DNA from: Gnetum montanum
Taxonomy: Eukaryota; Plantae; Gnetophyta
Direction of reading: 5' to 3'
NCBI GenBank assembly: GCA_015680685.1
Contig: MNCI01001559.1
Location: 126,190-190,189 of the forward strand
Length of the DNA stretch: 64,000 nucleotides
Shown piece after piece: positions 40,223-51,609 of this stretch. Both the position numbers and the translations under genes were made by a program. Positions within the stretch are counted from its first letter, which is position 1. Each line of letters opens with the position of its first letter. The notes below the pieces were generated by a model, which was not told where the DNA came from, did not search any database, and saw only the letters and a list, made by a program, of their open reading frames with translations.

Positions 40223-40471
40223 GTATGCTACTTTCGTTATACATGTATATTTACAGAAGTCAGATGCTGTTTTCTTCTTCTGCATTTTCAGTGAGATTTT
40301 TTGTGCCATAAATGGTGCCAGTGTTGCTAAAATTTCGTGCTTAAGCACCGTCGTGTTAATGTTAGAGACACCATATTTTGGGAAATTTTGATGTTGGAAC
40401 AAACGTACTGTGTTTCTTTTGTTGGTATTTCTGCTACTCTGAGCACTGTTGACGTGGATTCGAACTTCCAG

Positions 40472-40792
40472 ATTAAAGTCAGCGGAAGCACGGCATATGT
40501 TGCACAAACTGCATGGATACAGAATGCTTCTATACAAGATAATATTTTATTTGGGTTACCTATGGACTCTGCCCGGTACCGTAACGTGATCAAAGTGTGT
40601 TCGTTGGAAAAAGATTTGGAGATGATGGAATTTGGGGACCAGACTGAAATTGGAGAGAGAGGTATCAACCTGAGTGGTGGTCAAAAGCAACGGATACAGT
40701 TGGCGAGGGCTGTCTATCAGGATTCTGACATTTACCTTCTTGATGACATTTTTAGTGCCGTGGATGCCCACACTGGTACAGACATTTACAAG
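40472..40792 (+). CDS. ABCC4: ABCC exon 2 (321 bp): ABC signature and Walker B
   Basis: [48 protein letters not shown]; AG/GT boundaries. Confidence 0.95.
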
Positions 40793-40874
40793 GTGAAAGT
40801 GCAAACCCTTACTGTGTTTTATAATTTCATGTTAAATTCTGTAACTTGGATAAAATTTCAATGGTCATTTTCAG

Positions 40875-40961
40875 GAATGCATACGCGGTGCACTGGGCCA
40901 AAAGACAGTTCTCTTGGTAACACATCAAATTGATTTTCTTCATGGTGCAGACCTTATTTTG
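40875..40961 (+). CDS. ABCC4: ABCC exon 3 (87 bp)
   Basis: [29 protein letters not shown]; AG/GT boundaries, phase 0. Confidence 0.93.
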
Positions 40962-41150
40962 GTAAACTCATTATTTCCAAAATCTTGGCATGATAGATAA
41001 ATATGAATTTCTCATGCGCTTTTGCATTGACATAAGCTTTCAGCTTTTTGAATATATAGAAAAATTGGTATTTCATTTAGTAATGTACAGGATCTCGGTG
41101 CCTATAAATGCCATTTGTTTTGCAAGTAATTTAGTTTTGCTTTTGAACAG

Positions 41151-41825
41151 GTCATGCGAGATGGCATGATAGTGCAATCAGGAAAGTATGATGACCTTCT
41201 TCATTTAAAAACAGACTTTGAAGCACTAGTTGCAGCGCATGACCATGCCATGGGATTAGTGGAAGCACAGAATGCATCTGAAAACCACAGTATTAGTGAA
41301 AATGATGAAATTGCATCTGAAGAACAAGTAGACGGTTCTAAAAGCAGAGAGAACACTCCGAGAAGCAGAGACAACACACGCCCTGCTCCATCGGAATCAA
41401 ACATATTACGGACATCATCATCTAAGCTAAAGATAGGAACATCAAAGCTTATTGATGAAGAGCAGAGAGAGACCGGCCAAGTCAGTTGGAAAGTTTACTG
41501 GCTTTTTATGACCAAAGCATATGGATGGTCTATAATTTTGGCATTGCTTGCAGTTCAGACAGTGTGGCAGCTTGTTCAACTTGCAAGTGATTACTGGCTT
41601 GCTTATCAAACATCAGGATCTAAGAATTTCAAGCCAAAGCTTTTTGTTGAAGTCTATACAATTCTTTCTGCCGCAACATGTGTTTTCATTTTCTTCCGGA
41701 CAGTTTTGGTGACTCAATTTGGATTGAAAACCTGCCAGGTGTTTTTTGAACAAATGTTGGATAGCATGTTCCATGCTCCGATGTCCTTTTTTGATACAAC
41801 ACCTTCAGGAAGAGTTCTTAGCAGG
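41151..41825 (+). CDS. ABCC4: ABCC exon 4 (675 bp): linker and start of TMD2
   Basis: VMRDGMIVQSGKYDDLL...EEQRETGQVSWKVY...FHAPMSFFDTTPSGRVLSR; AG/GT boundaries. Confidence 0.95.
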
Positions 41826-41963
41826 GTAATGTTTACTGTCACATAGATTTAGCTATGATCACATAAGATCTCTAAATTTGAATGAATTAGCATCTTACAA
41901 TAAAATTTCTTTGCAGCATCGTAGAACATATATTAATATACATTTTTTGTTTTTTGTTTACAG

Positions 41964-42128
41964 TCCTCTACAGATCAGACAAATCTTGATATTTTCCTTC
42001 CATTCTTTGTTGGCGTAAGTGTGTCCATGTACTTTAGCGGGATTAGCATCGTTATTGTCACTTGTCAAGTTGTGTGGCCCACTATCTTCGTGATACTGCC
42101 ACTTGCTTGGGTAAACGTTTGGTACCAG
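41964..42128 (+). CDS. ABCC4: ABCC exon 5 (165 bp), not in the ORF track
   Basis: SSTDQTNLDIFLPFFVG...TCQVVWPTIFVILPLAWVNVWYQ; AG/GT boundaries. Confidence 0.93.
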
Positions 42129-45100
42129 GTATATCTCCTTTTATTTGTTTAGTTGCCTTTGTAGTGCGTAGCATTCTATTTCAGCTTCACCAGTTAGATA
42201 TAATCTGAATTAGCTTGCAATTTTTCATTAAGGAAAAAATTTATTCAATTTCTTGAATAGTTATGTCTAATATCAAGCTGTTAACAAAATACGACATTTC
42301 TTAAATAAAAGCCTTAATAAATTCCTTGTACACAATGAGTTTTATGTGTTGGTTCATGGTTGGTTGATCACAGCTGCCTGTGAACTCCTTGTAAGGTATG
42401 ATACAAATTTCAACTAATTGTATTCTCTTGTTTGGAAACCTACTTGGGAAATTTTTCTTGACTAAATGCAGAACATGTGATTCTGCCAATCACATCTTAA
42501 AATGCTATGTCCAAATGTCTTCAAGTATATATTCTGACTTGGCATGAGATATTTTAGATTCATTTTAACTGATTTAGGGGAAATACTTAGTTATAAAAGT
42601 TGGGAATTGTCATTTGGAATAATGGTAAGTTGCTCGTTTCTCAAGTTGTAAGGCTTGGGTTTGAGCCTGGGGATGATTAGCATCGAGTCTCTAGGTGACC
42701 CTGGTTGTCTCTTCGTGATGATGTTGTTATTACCAACATAGAGTTATAGAAGTAACAGATTCAAAGGATATCACATAAGTCTTGCTATAACTGTGTCATT
42801 GTTGACTATTTTAAAGACCTGACCCCAAGTACATCAATAGATAGCTGGGGTCCCCATCAAAAGAGATAACAAAAAAGGTATTTGCTGGAAAAGTGCATTT
42901 GCATGATTAGCAGTTAGAGGCATCATATTGCAGACACCAACATGAAACAATGTTGACTTTGAAATCTTCGCCTTCCAAGTTCCACCAGCACAAATGTATT
43001 AAGCACAATACTTGGCAGCAAAGATTGGTTTGCCGAAGCTCAGTAAAATTTTATCATGTTTAGATCCCTATATATTTAATAAGCCTAGATGGTGTTGGTT
43101 GCAAGAGCAATCTTTTGAAGGGTTTGTTCAAGCAACAGATGTTAGTATGCCTATTAAGAAGGTTTGGGCCATCGTGCACTTTTGAATGTATCTTCTATTG
43201 CAGCCTGGTTCTCATTAATCACTTAACAAGTTTTGCCTTAGAAGCTTCTATGTTGAAGAAGCATATTGTTTTCATCCAGCTTTTTGAAACTACCATGCTT
43301 TTCTCCATTTATGAACAACCTGATATTCCATGGTCAGTTGTTATTCTATCATGATGTTTTATACACTCCTATAAATATGGACGCCAAAGATATTCTCACC
43401 TCTTCTTTTCTTTATTATTATTATTATTCCAAGATATGAATGTTGTGTCCTTCCAGTTTTTGTGAACAGATGAAATGCTTAGTGCCATGATAATCTGAAT
43501 GCCACCAGTCTTTCATTTTCCTATTGATTTGCTGGAATGAGAAGCATCCATTTTCCCACCTGAGGATTCTGGAAAAATTGTTCTCGGAGGAGGATCTTAA
43601 GAAATGGAATAATGATATAAACTGTTCCTTCTAAGTTTATCCTTTTATAATTAAAGCACACATTTATAACCAGTCTATGCCTATCATGCATTAAGCAATC
43701 ATGGAGAGCATAAGAGCCTTATCCTGTTTCTTGTTACCTTACACGTAACCGTAATTTTTTGTTTCTGTAAGCGTCATTTTATGAAAATACCATGATAAAG
43801 CTTCTAAAAAAAGGCTTCTTCTTTTGCAAGAAATAATTACCTATATCGTTCTTCTTCAACTTGAAATTTTATCAAAAACCCTTTGTCGATTTGTATAAAT
43901 AGAACACTATACTGTTAAAATTTAGGTTATATTATATTCTCTTTGAATCTTTTAACCTGGGATGCAAGGAAAGTCAAAACGAAACAAATCAAATCTTATA
44001 CTTTTATTTAAATTGTTTGAATAATTTTGATATGTGTACAGATAACAATTGAATATAATTTTATTTGTACACCCGGTAACCTACTCTGTCACTTCAATAG
44101 AGAGGAAACTTCATGTTCATTTGTTTTATCGACGGATGAACTTCTGTACTTGAGTTTGTTGTTGGTTATTTAACAGGTAACTCTTTTTTGTCAGAGTTGT
44201 AGTAGTAATGGATTAATTTGGCCATTCAAAATTGTTGACTTGAAGTTCATTTCTTGATTTCTATGGAAACTGCAACTAGCAGTGGCAGTCACGGTGGATA
44301 TTTTTCATGACCATGAGTGGGGCAGTGGCAATCAAATGCCTAGGCAAAATTTCGAATACCACAAGTTGATTGTGACTAGTGGTTGGGTCGTGCTCGGTCT
44401 CAGAGGTCGTGGTTAGTCTCAAACTTGTGACTAGTGTGCTAGTCACAGTCAACTGGTGGTATTTGAAATTTTGCCTAGGCATTTGACTGCCATTGCCAAT
44501 GTGACTCGTGATGATTGCCATGACTGGGCTGTGACTCATGGTCTTGTCAGCTGGGAAGATTGCGAGTTGTCGCTCCTTCATGGTTGACCATGATTAGGCC
44601 ATCACCCACAGGGAAAAGAATAGAATTCTAGAGAACTATGAAATTTAATTGAAATTGAATTGAATTGAAAATCTTCGATGTTTTGGATCTTCTCCTGTGA
44701 TGATGTTGATGTTGGATGATTGCCTAGAAATGAACAGAATTGAGAATTGAATAAGAAAATTAGTTGTGCTTCTATTGGTGCTTCAAAGTGAGTATAATGC
44801 TTCAATGATGAAAAGGAGGATTGATGTATTTTGATGCTTAAATCGTGCTTTAGGAGAGATGATAATGCTTTGCAGGGAATTTTGGCAGAGTTTCAGTGCT
44901 TCAATTTTCATTGTAAATCATGGAATCTATATACATATTTAGAGAATTGGCTTGGTGCCAATCTATGATGAGGAAATGAGGATTGTGCCATACGAAATAG
45001 GCATGAATAATGGGTTGGATTTAGGTTTTGGGGCTAAAATACATCTTATTCACCATCATTCATATTGAATTTAATAAAACTAATTTGGGATGTCTTTTGG

Positions 45101-45509
45101 GCTTCAAAATTAACGGAAATGAAGAGAGTAGGGTTTTTACATAGCTTTGTGCCCTAATTACAAAAAAAAATCTACATGGTTAACTAATTGAAGCATCTGT
45201 TATGACTTTGGCATTAACCGCATAGACCTCCTGTACATGTTCAAGGATACTGCCGATTTTGCCAAGGCAGATAAGTTGCCCAATGGGCATGTTACCAGTT
45301 AGTTGTTGAAGGAAGTATGGGCCTATCTGACCAAAATAATGTCCACCGGTATCATTGTACAAAATAGAAAGGTTGATTCAACTTGGAAGGCACTCACATT
45401 GCTGCGTGCTCAAGTCTAGTTGAAGCAAGATATTGATTGTTTTTGCATCCTAAAGTAGGAAATAAAGCAGAAAATAAGGTCTTGTTATTTTTCCAATAAG
45501 CTTTACTTT

Positions 45510-47305
45510 TCTTATGAAGGCCGTTGCCATACTTTGGTGCTTGTGGCGTGCACAAAATCACCTGATTTTCCAACAGGTGCCACTTCCACCATCGGCGCAC
45601 ATTGCTGCAGAGGGAGTGATATTGTGGCAGGAGGTAAGTGTGAGCGTGGGAGTGACACCAATGTTCAAACCTTCCTATGAGCGATTTCAGGGCAGAACAG
45701 AGCTATGGGACTTGGTTAGGTGAGTTGGATGGGCATATTTTCTGCCTGGGCTAGTGGGGGACCTAGTGTTGCTAGATGGTGAATTCTTCACCAATTGGTA
45801 GAATAATTTGACCATGTTTTGTGGGGTGAGGATTCACTTCATGGAAGAAGTGTAAGTAGGGGTTTTGGGTGTGCGGGCGTCGGGTGACGTTGTGATTCCA
45901 ATGCTACGAGGATTGTAGGACGTCTAGATTTTCTTCAACGGTCCGATACCATGGACAAGTGCCTAAATCTACCCTACCTGCTTTGTGGCAAACAATCGTA
46001 GATCTAGTTCTAGTTGAATGTTTCTTTGTTCAAACAAGAAATGTATGGAAATTGCAGGGCATGCACTTTGCTCTACTTAAGTGTCTTAGAATGGGCAGGT
46101 AGGTAGAAACATGTTGGGGTTGTTTCTAGCATCTTTGTAGCATTGTCGGCTAGGGCGGCACTTTGGCCAATTCCCATGCCAATTCCCATGATGCAGGGTG
46201 TGGGTTTTTTTTTACCACTCCGTCTACAATAGATAGAGGAGACTGGAGATTGTTGAGGTGGTAGGGATTCACCCTAATTGTGTTGTGTTGGTGCTCATGG
46301 CTTTGAAAGGGTCGACGATTGAGGTGGGGGAGAGTTCATTGGTGCTATGAGTGCAGATCAATCTGGCAAGAGAGGAGGCTGCACTCAAGGCATGTGTTGA
46401 GGAGTGTAGGATGTGGGAGGCAAAGTGGGCTGCCAGGGAGGAGGCTTTCTAGCGGGAGCTAGATGGGCTGTAGATTTGACACTAGGAAATGCTGGAGGAG
46501 CTTCATCGACAATGGGCTATGGTAGAAGCGGTGGCAAAGGCAGCATTGGAAGACCAGCTTTGCAAGGAGCTTAAGGAGGAGATGCAACAAGATGAGTTGC
46601 AACAGAAGGTGTTGGAATGGGAAGCAGAGGAACAAAGAGAGAACGAGTGTCGGGAAGAAGAAGAGTGCCAAAGGCAGCTGAAGTGGGCCCATGAGTAGAA
46701 CACCACCTCTTGGTTGCAGGAAGGGAAGTGCCCTTATGTCTGCATGCACATCAACCGTAATGTGACCTGGTTGGAGCTGTGCCAGCACATCCGGCTAGCC
46801 TTTGCGAAATTGCACCTTGATGGTATTGGTATTGCTGCTACATGGGCAAGGAAGGCCAAAGCTTTCAAGATTTTCCAACAAGCAACAGCCTTCATTGACA
46901 CCAAAGAGCATCGTGCATAGCTTGATATGCTGCACTCACAATTGAGGGCCAATTGTAAGTGTGGGTATCTGCCTTGACACCTTTAGGGGGTATGTAGATG
47001 TTTCATTGTGTTTTTTGATTATTTTGGTGTCTTGTTTGGTTCTGTCTGTGGTTGGGCTGGTCTGGGGGTCTAGACTGGTGGGCGGGGAGATGGTGTTCAA
47101 ATCTGTCTGTTTTGAAAGCTCCATGGGACCTGATTTTGTCTTGCTGTGATTCTGGTTTGGGGTGATCCATCCCCGTTTGTTGGAGTGGACAGGCACCCTA
47201 GTTTTGATCTGTAAGGTGTGTTGGGGGTCTATCCCCTGATGTCTTTTCTTGGCTGTACATTTTTGTTGATAATATACTCCTGAAAGTTTCTCAAGAAAAA
47301 AAAAA
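45510..47305 (+). mobile_element. 3' part of an L1-type LINE with extra 3' ORF, 3' UTR and poly(A)
   Basis: ILWCLWRAQNHLIF matches the L1 ORF2 C-terminal WxxWxxRNxxxF motif. GT-rich 3' UTR and A10 tail at 47296-47305. No TSD found; the 5' edge is approximate. Confidence 0.7.
46213..46920 (+). pseudogene. Decayed ORF: beta-rich N-terminus, coiled coil, J-domain (DnaJ-like)
   Basis: A single frame with 7 internal stops, all TAG or TGA. The C-terminal ~60 aa align to the J-domain pattern, with HLD at the HPD position. Confidence 0.65.
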
Positions 47306-49670
47306 TCCTAGCAAGAACTAGAGATTCTATTGCTCTAGATGCCCTTTACGCTATCATGATTAGCAGTTTAGAGATACAGAGCACAGAGAAGCTAGTAGAG
47401 ATTGAAACAAGAGGAACTGTCACAGTTCCTCAGAAGGCATGATCAGATACTGTGGATGTGCCTATCAGCAGCAGTGCCAAAGATCTAATCATGTAAGACT
47501 CTGTTTTGGAAAATAAGTTCTTGGAATACGAAGCTACAGTTAAGTTCTTTAACACAACCATTTTAAAACATATTCAAGATGAGTATATTTATAATTCTTC
47601 AAGCTGGACGGACTTAATAAATTACAGTGAAGAAATCTTGAAGTTAAGGTCATGGAGAGGATGATGGAGAAGCTGCAGAAGGTGACTTCAAAATCAACCG
47701 TCGTCTTTTTAGACAATAAGGTACTTCTCTCATTGATGTATACATAGTTTTGAGCGACTGCTTGTTATACACGTGGTATGTTAATAAAGGAAAATCTCCA
47801 CAAGTTGCAATCATCTCAACGTAGGTGGATGAGTTAAATAAGAAGATCCAAGATGTGGCACTCCACGGTTCATCTAGGAGTTTAATAAGAGAGCAGTTTG
47901 ATTTCTATAAGTTGAAAACCATGGTTCTGTTGGAGAAAGGAAAGCAAGCCATAAAGGAGTTGGTGCTTAAACACTTGAAAAACATTTCACTTGTGACGGT
48001 TGACACTGTATGGTTGCAGATGATGGAGGAACATGTGAAGGAAGTAGAGGAGAAGTGTCCAAGATGGCTGTTGAAAAACAAAAGGCAATTGCAGAAAAAG
48101 AGGTTGCAGTTCAAACTTGGACATCGATTAAACAGAGCTTTGACATTGAGGTCAAGGCTAAAGAAGAGCTCCTCAAGGAGAAGGAAGATCTGTTAGCACA
48201 GCTGGATGCAAAAAAGAAGGCACACACGAAGACCAAAGAATTGGCACAATTTTCGGCTGATATGACCACGGTTGCTATATATGCAAGTGATCTTCTTAAT
48301 TTAATTGTTCAAAATAGCTTGAGCATACCCAATCCTCCTCTCACCATGGTTAGGAATGCACTGGAGTGGGTAACAGCTCCCTTAACGTTCATGGTCTTAT
48401 TCCTCCATGGTTGAAACTACCACGATGTTGTCAAAATTGTCTAAGCCTCCTCAAACCACGGAGAAAGTAAGTATTGAAGATGATCTTGCCCTTAGTGAGT
48501 TTGACAGCATGTTAAATTATGAGCTTTTCTAAATATGAATATAGAACTCCAATAGGTTTTGCTGCTTCTATATGATGGTTTTTAGAAGTTCTGTGGCTTC
48601 AAATTATATTGTCTTGAAAGGTTAATCATCTTGGTCATGATATCGTTTAGAGGATTCTTTCCCCTTTCAATTTCTTGTCATAGTTTCTTTCTTGCTATTT
48701 CAAGGAATTTGTTTTATCGTTAAGATATGAACACGATATATTAAATAAAAGAACAGAATAATAAAACTGTCGATACACTGTAATATAATCATAATTTATA
48801 GCTTTGCTGTTTGAGGAATACAGGTTTCGATATGCATAGTTAGCCCATAACAAAAAGAAATGAAGTATTTAATAAAGGGGATTCCGCACTGGCCATTATT
48901 AACTTTTTCATAATCGTGAAGTAAAAATGAAAATTATTCAAACTTAAGGTGCAGTTTAAGGGGAATTTAAGTATAATTTATATCTTTTAAAATTGGTTTT
49001 GAAAATTTGAATAAAGGATATAATGTAAATCCATGGAGATGTAATTTATAGTAAAGCTTTAATAAGTTTTTTTTTTTTTTAAATGAAAGTTAATCCACAT
49101 TGAGTTTGAGGGGAAGTGTTGACTAATGTTGTGATTCTCAACCTCAACGTGTATGTTGTAAAGAAGATGTATGACCATCACGGTTTACATGATTAGTTAA
49201 TTCTCTTATAGAAGGGTGTGTGTCTATTAACAAAAAGATATGTCCCTTGAGTTCCAAGAGAGATAAAAGGGACTGCATTGTCATATTCTGCACATACAAG
49301 AAAGACACATAAAAACCATTGGTTACTGAGTATACGGTTATAGTTATGCTCTAATGTACTAACCCCATTGTTTTAGGTTCATGTTCTGTACTCACTGCAC
49401 TATATTGTTCTTTACTTAAGTATTTTCATTCTTTAAGTTTGTATATACACAACTATGGGTTTCTATCATTCACGGTTTAGTACTTATTATTTCATACCTT
49501 TGCTAGTGCACAAGCTATGAAGCCTATTGTGTACTCCTTGATAGTTCTGAATTCCTATTACTCCTTTAGATGACTTGTTTTACTTGCGTACCTCAACCGT
49601 GGATTGCCTTACAGTTATATATTTGCAGTTTGTCTATTTGTTATACTTACAATAATTTGCTCAACTAACA
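47306..49670 (+). mobile_element. 3' part of a Ty1/copia-like element: decayed accessory coiled-coil ORF, PPT and 3' LTR (49117-49670)
   Basis: PPT-like tgagtttgaggggaag directly before TGTTGA...CTAACA. Coiled-coil peptides at 47825-48414. Duplicated in inverted form at 30560-32925. No 5' LTR seen. Confidence 0.55.
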
Positions 49671-51600
49671 TAGTTTCTCTAGTTCTTGTGGACCTTGAAT
49701 TCCAATAAAGGCAACACATGTCTTCAATGATCTTTTTCAACCCTTACTCAATTGTGGCTCACAATAGAGCACACACTCAAGAAGACAAGACAACACTCAT
49801 AAGAGACTTCTTCACCTCTTCCTCTCAAGTGTCTTTGCCTTGCCTCTCCCAAGTATGATCCTCAAAGCTATACCCAAACTCTCAATTTATAGCTTTTTTG
49901 CATGTGTTTTTAGCTTTCCATTGCAACCTTTTGGCTTGCTTGGTGCTTGAATTCAAAAGTTCTAGTTGTCTTAGACATGCCAAGATGACCTAAAAGAAGT
50001 TTAGCTCAATTTTACCAAGATGTCTAGGAGGGGCCCAAACGTCTCACTAGAGAGTCTAGAATGTACAGTCAAGATATCTTGCCTGCAAACATCCCATGCA
50101 TTCCAAACGTCTCCATTGAAGTATTCCAACTTTGTCTAGACATCTCCAAGCTTGTTGATGTCCCAACAACTATCCTTCCCAATCTTTAAGTAGCATCCAG
50201 TATTCGATTCTTGACACTTCATTCAGTTTGACACTGACTTGAAATGCCCAAAACATTCAAAAAACATGACATTTGCAAGACACACACACATGAGGAAAAG
50301 TACATTGGGGTTGGGGGGATGTCCTGCTCATCTCTCGCCCCCTTAAAAAATGTCATCATTAATGAACTTTCACAAGCTGGAAGATACAATGCTTCCATGA
50401 CTCAAGGCCATTGGATTTAACTTTACATAACACATGACTCAATACATGAATTGTGTTGGTAGAAGAGCGATCATGATTGATAACCATGTTAGAGGTTTTA
50501 AGCTTCATTTGCTCTTGGAGGCATGTCTTAATGCCCTACCACGCTTCCAACAATTTACCATTTAGGTAGAATGCCTCAATTGTATCCCTACAATGGCTCA
50601 AACCTGCACAAAAATTCCATGAAAAATATACGAAGAGATACATTAGTATCAATCATTGAGATAGGGCTCAAAGCCTTGCTAATCCATGAGGGCAATATAC
50701 CAGATTCAACAAATGGACTTTTCTCATCTTCCAAGTCACATTCATCATTCTCACATGCCATATAAACATTTTCTAAGCACCAATTATGCCTAGTATCAAT
50801 AAAATCACAAGCTTTATACCCATCAATATTCCACTCATGTCAATGGAAAATCAAACATTAAACATAATAACATTTTGGCTTTCAAAGCGCATCAAACCTT
50901 GTTCAAACATCAATCGAGATACAAACAACAGCCCAGCACTAACACAGATGCAAAAAATCATTAGTAAACATAATAGAAAGACCAATATCCATGGCTATCT
51001 AGGCTAGGAAACTTTTTGTTTTAGTAGCATGCACATGAGTTACAATTTTTATAGTCTCACAAGGCTTATCCACATAACCAATCTCATTATCTATGTCAAA
51101 TGCATTGAATTGAACATCATAGAATATATCATCATCACAAATATTAGTTCCACTATTCGCCCTCACAAATTTTTGCAAACTATGGAGCATTAATGAAGAA
51201 CTCAAATTATAAGCATCATTTCCAGCAAGTATAGGCAACAATCTGAACTTATTATGATCCTTATGCATGGTCCAAATATTATTCTCTTCATAAAAAATAG
51301 CTTTATTATCAAAATTCCGTAGTCTCCCAAAAATTAAATCAGCACAATCCATAGGAAGCACATCACAAATGATTCTATCATGAAAATTGCCAATGGAATA
51401 ATTGACAATACATTGTATCTTACTTACTTATGATGATTTTTCATCATTCAATATACCTTACAAGGATTACGATGTGGAATAGTATCAAGATGCAAAGATT
51501 ACATAACCTTAGAAGAAATCACATGTATTTGGGCTCTACCATCAACAAGTACATTTAAAGGATAATTCCCAATAGTGCAATAAGTTCTAATAAACTATTT
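49671..51600 (-). mobile_element. Ty3/gypsy (CRM-like) remnant: protease region, PPT and partial 3' LTR
   Basis: Minus strand reads LNVLVDGRAQ..VIS and IICDVLPMDCADLIFGR. PPT AAGGGGGCGAGAGA before TGAGCAGG at 50330. Confidence 0.6.
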
Positions 51601-51609
51601 CTGTAACAG

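Noticed and set aside
43700-45180. Possible DNA-transposon subterminal repeats (gtcacg/gtgact-rich)
   Set aside because: No TIR pair or TSD identified.
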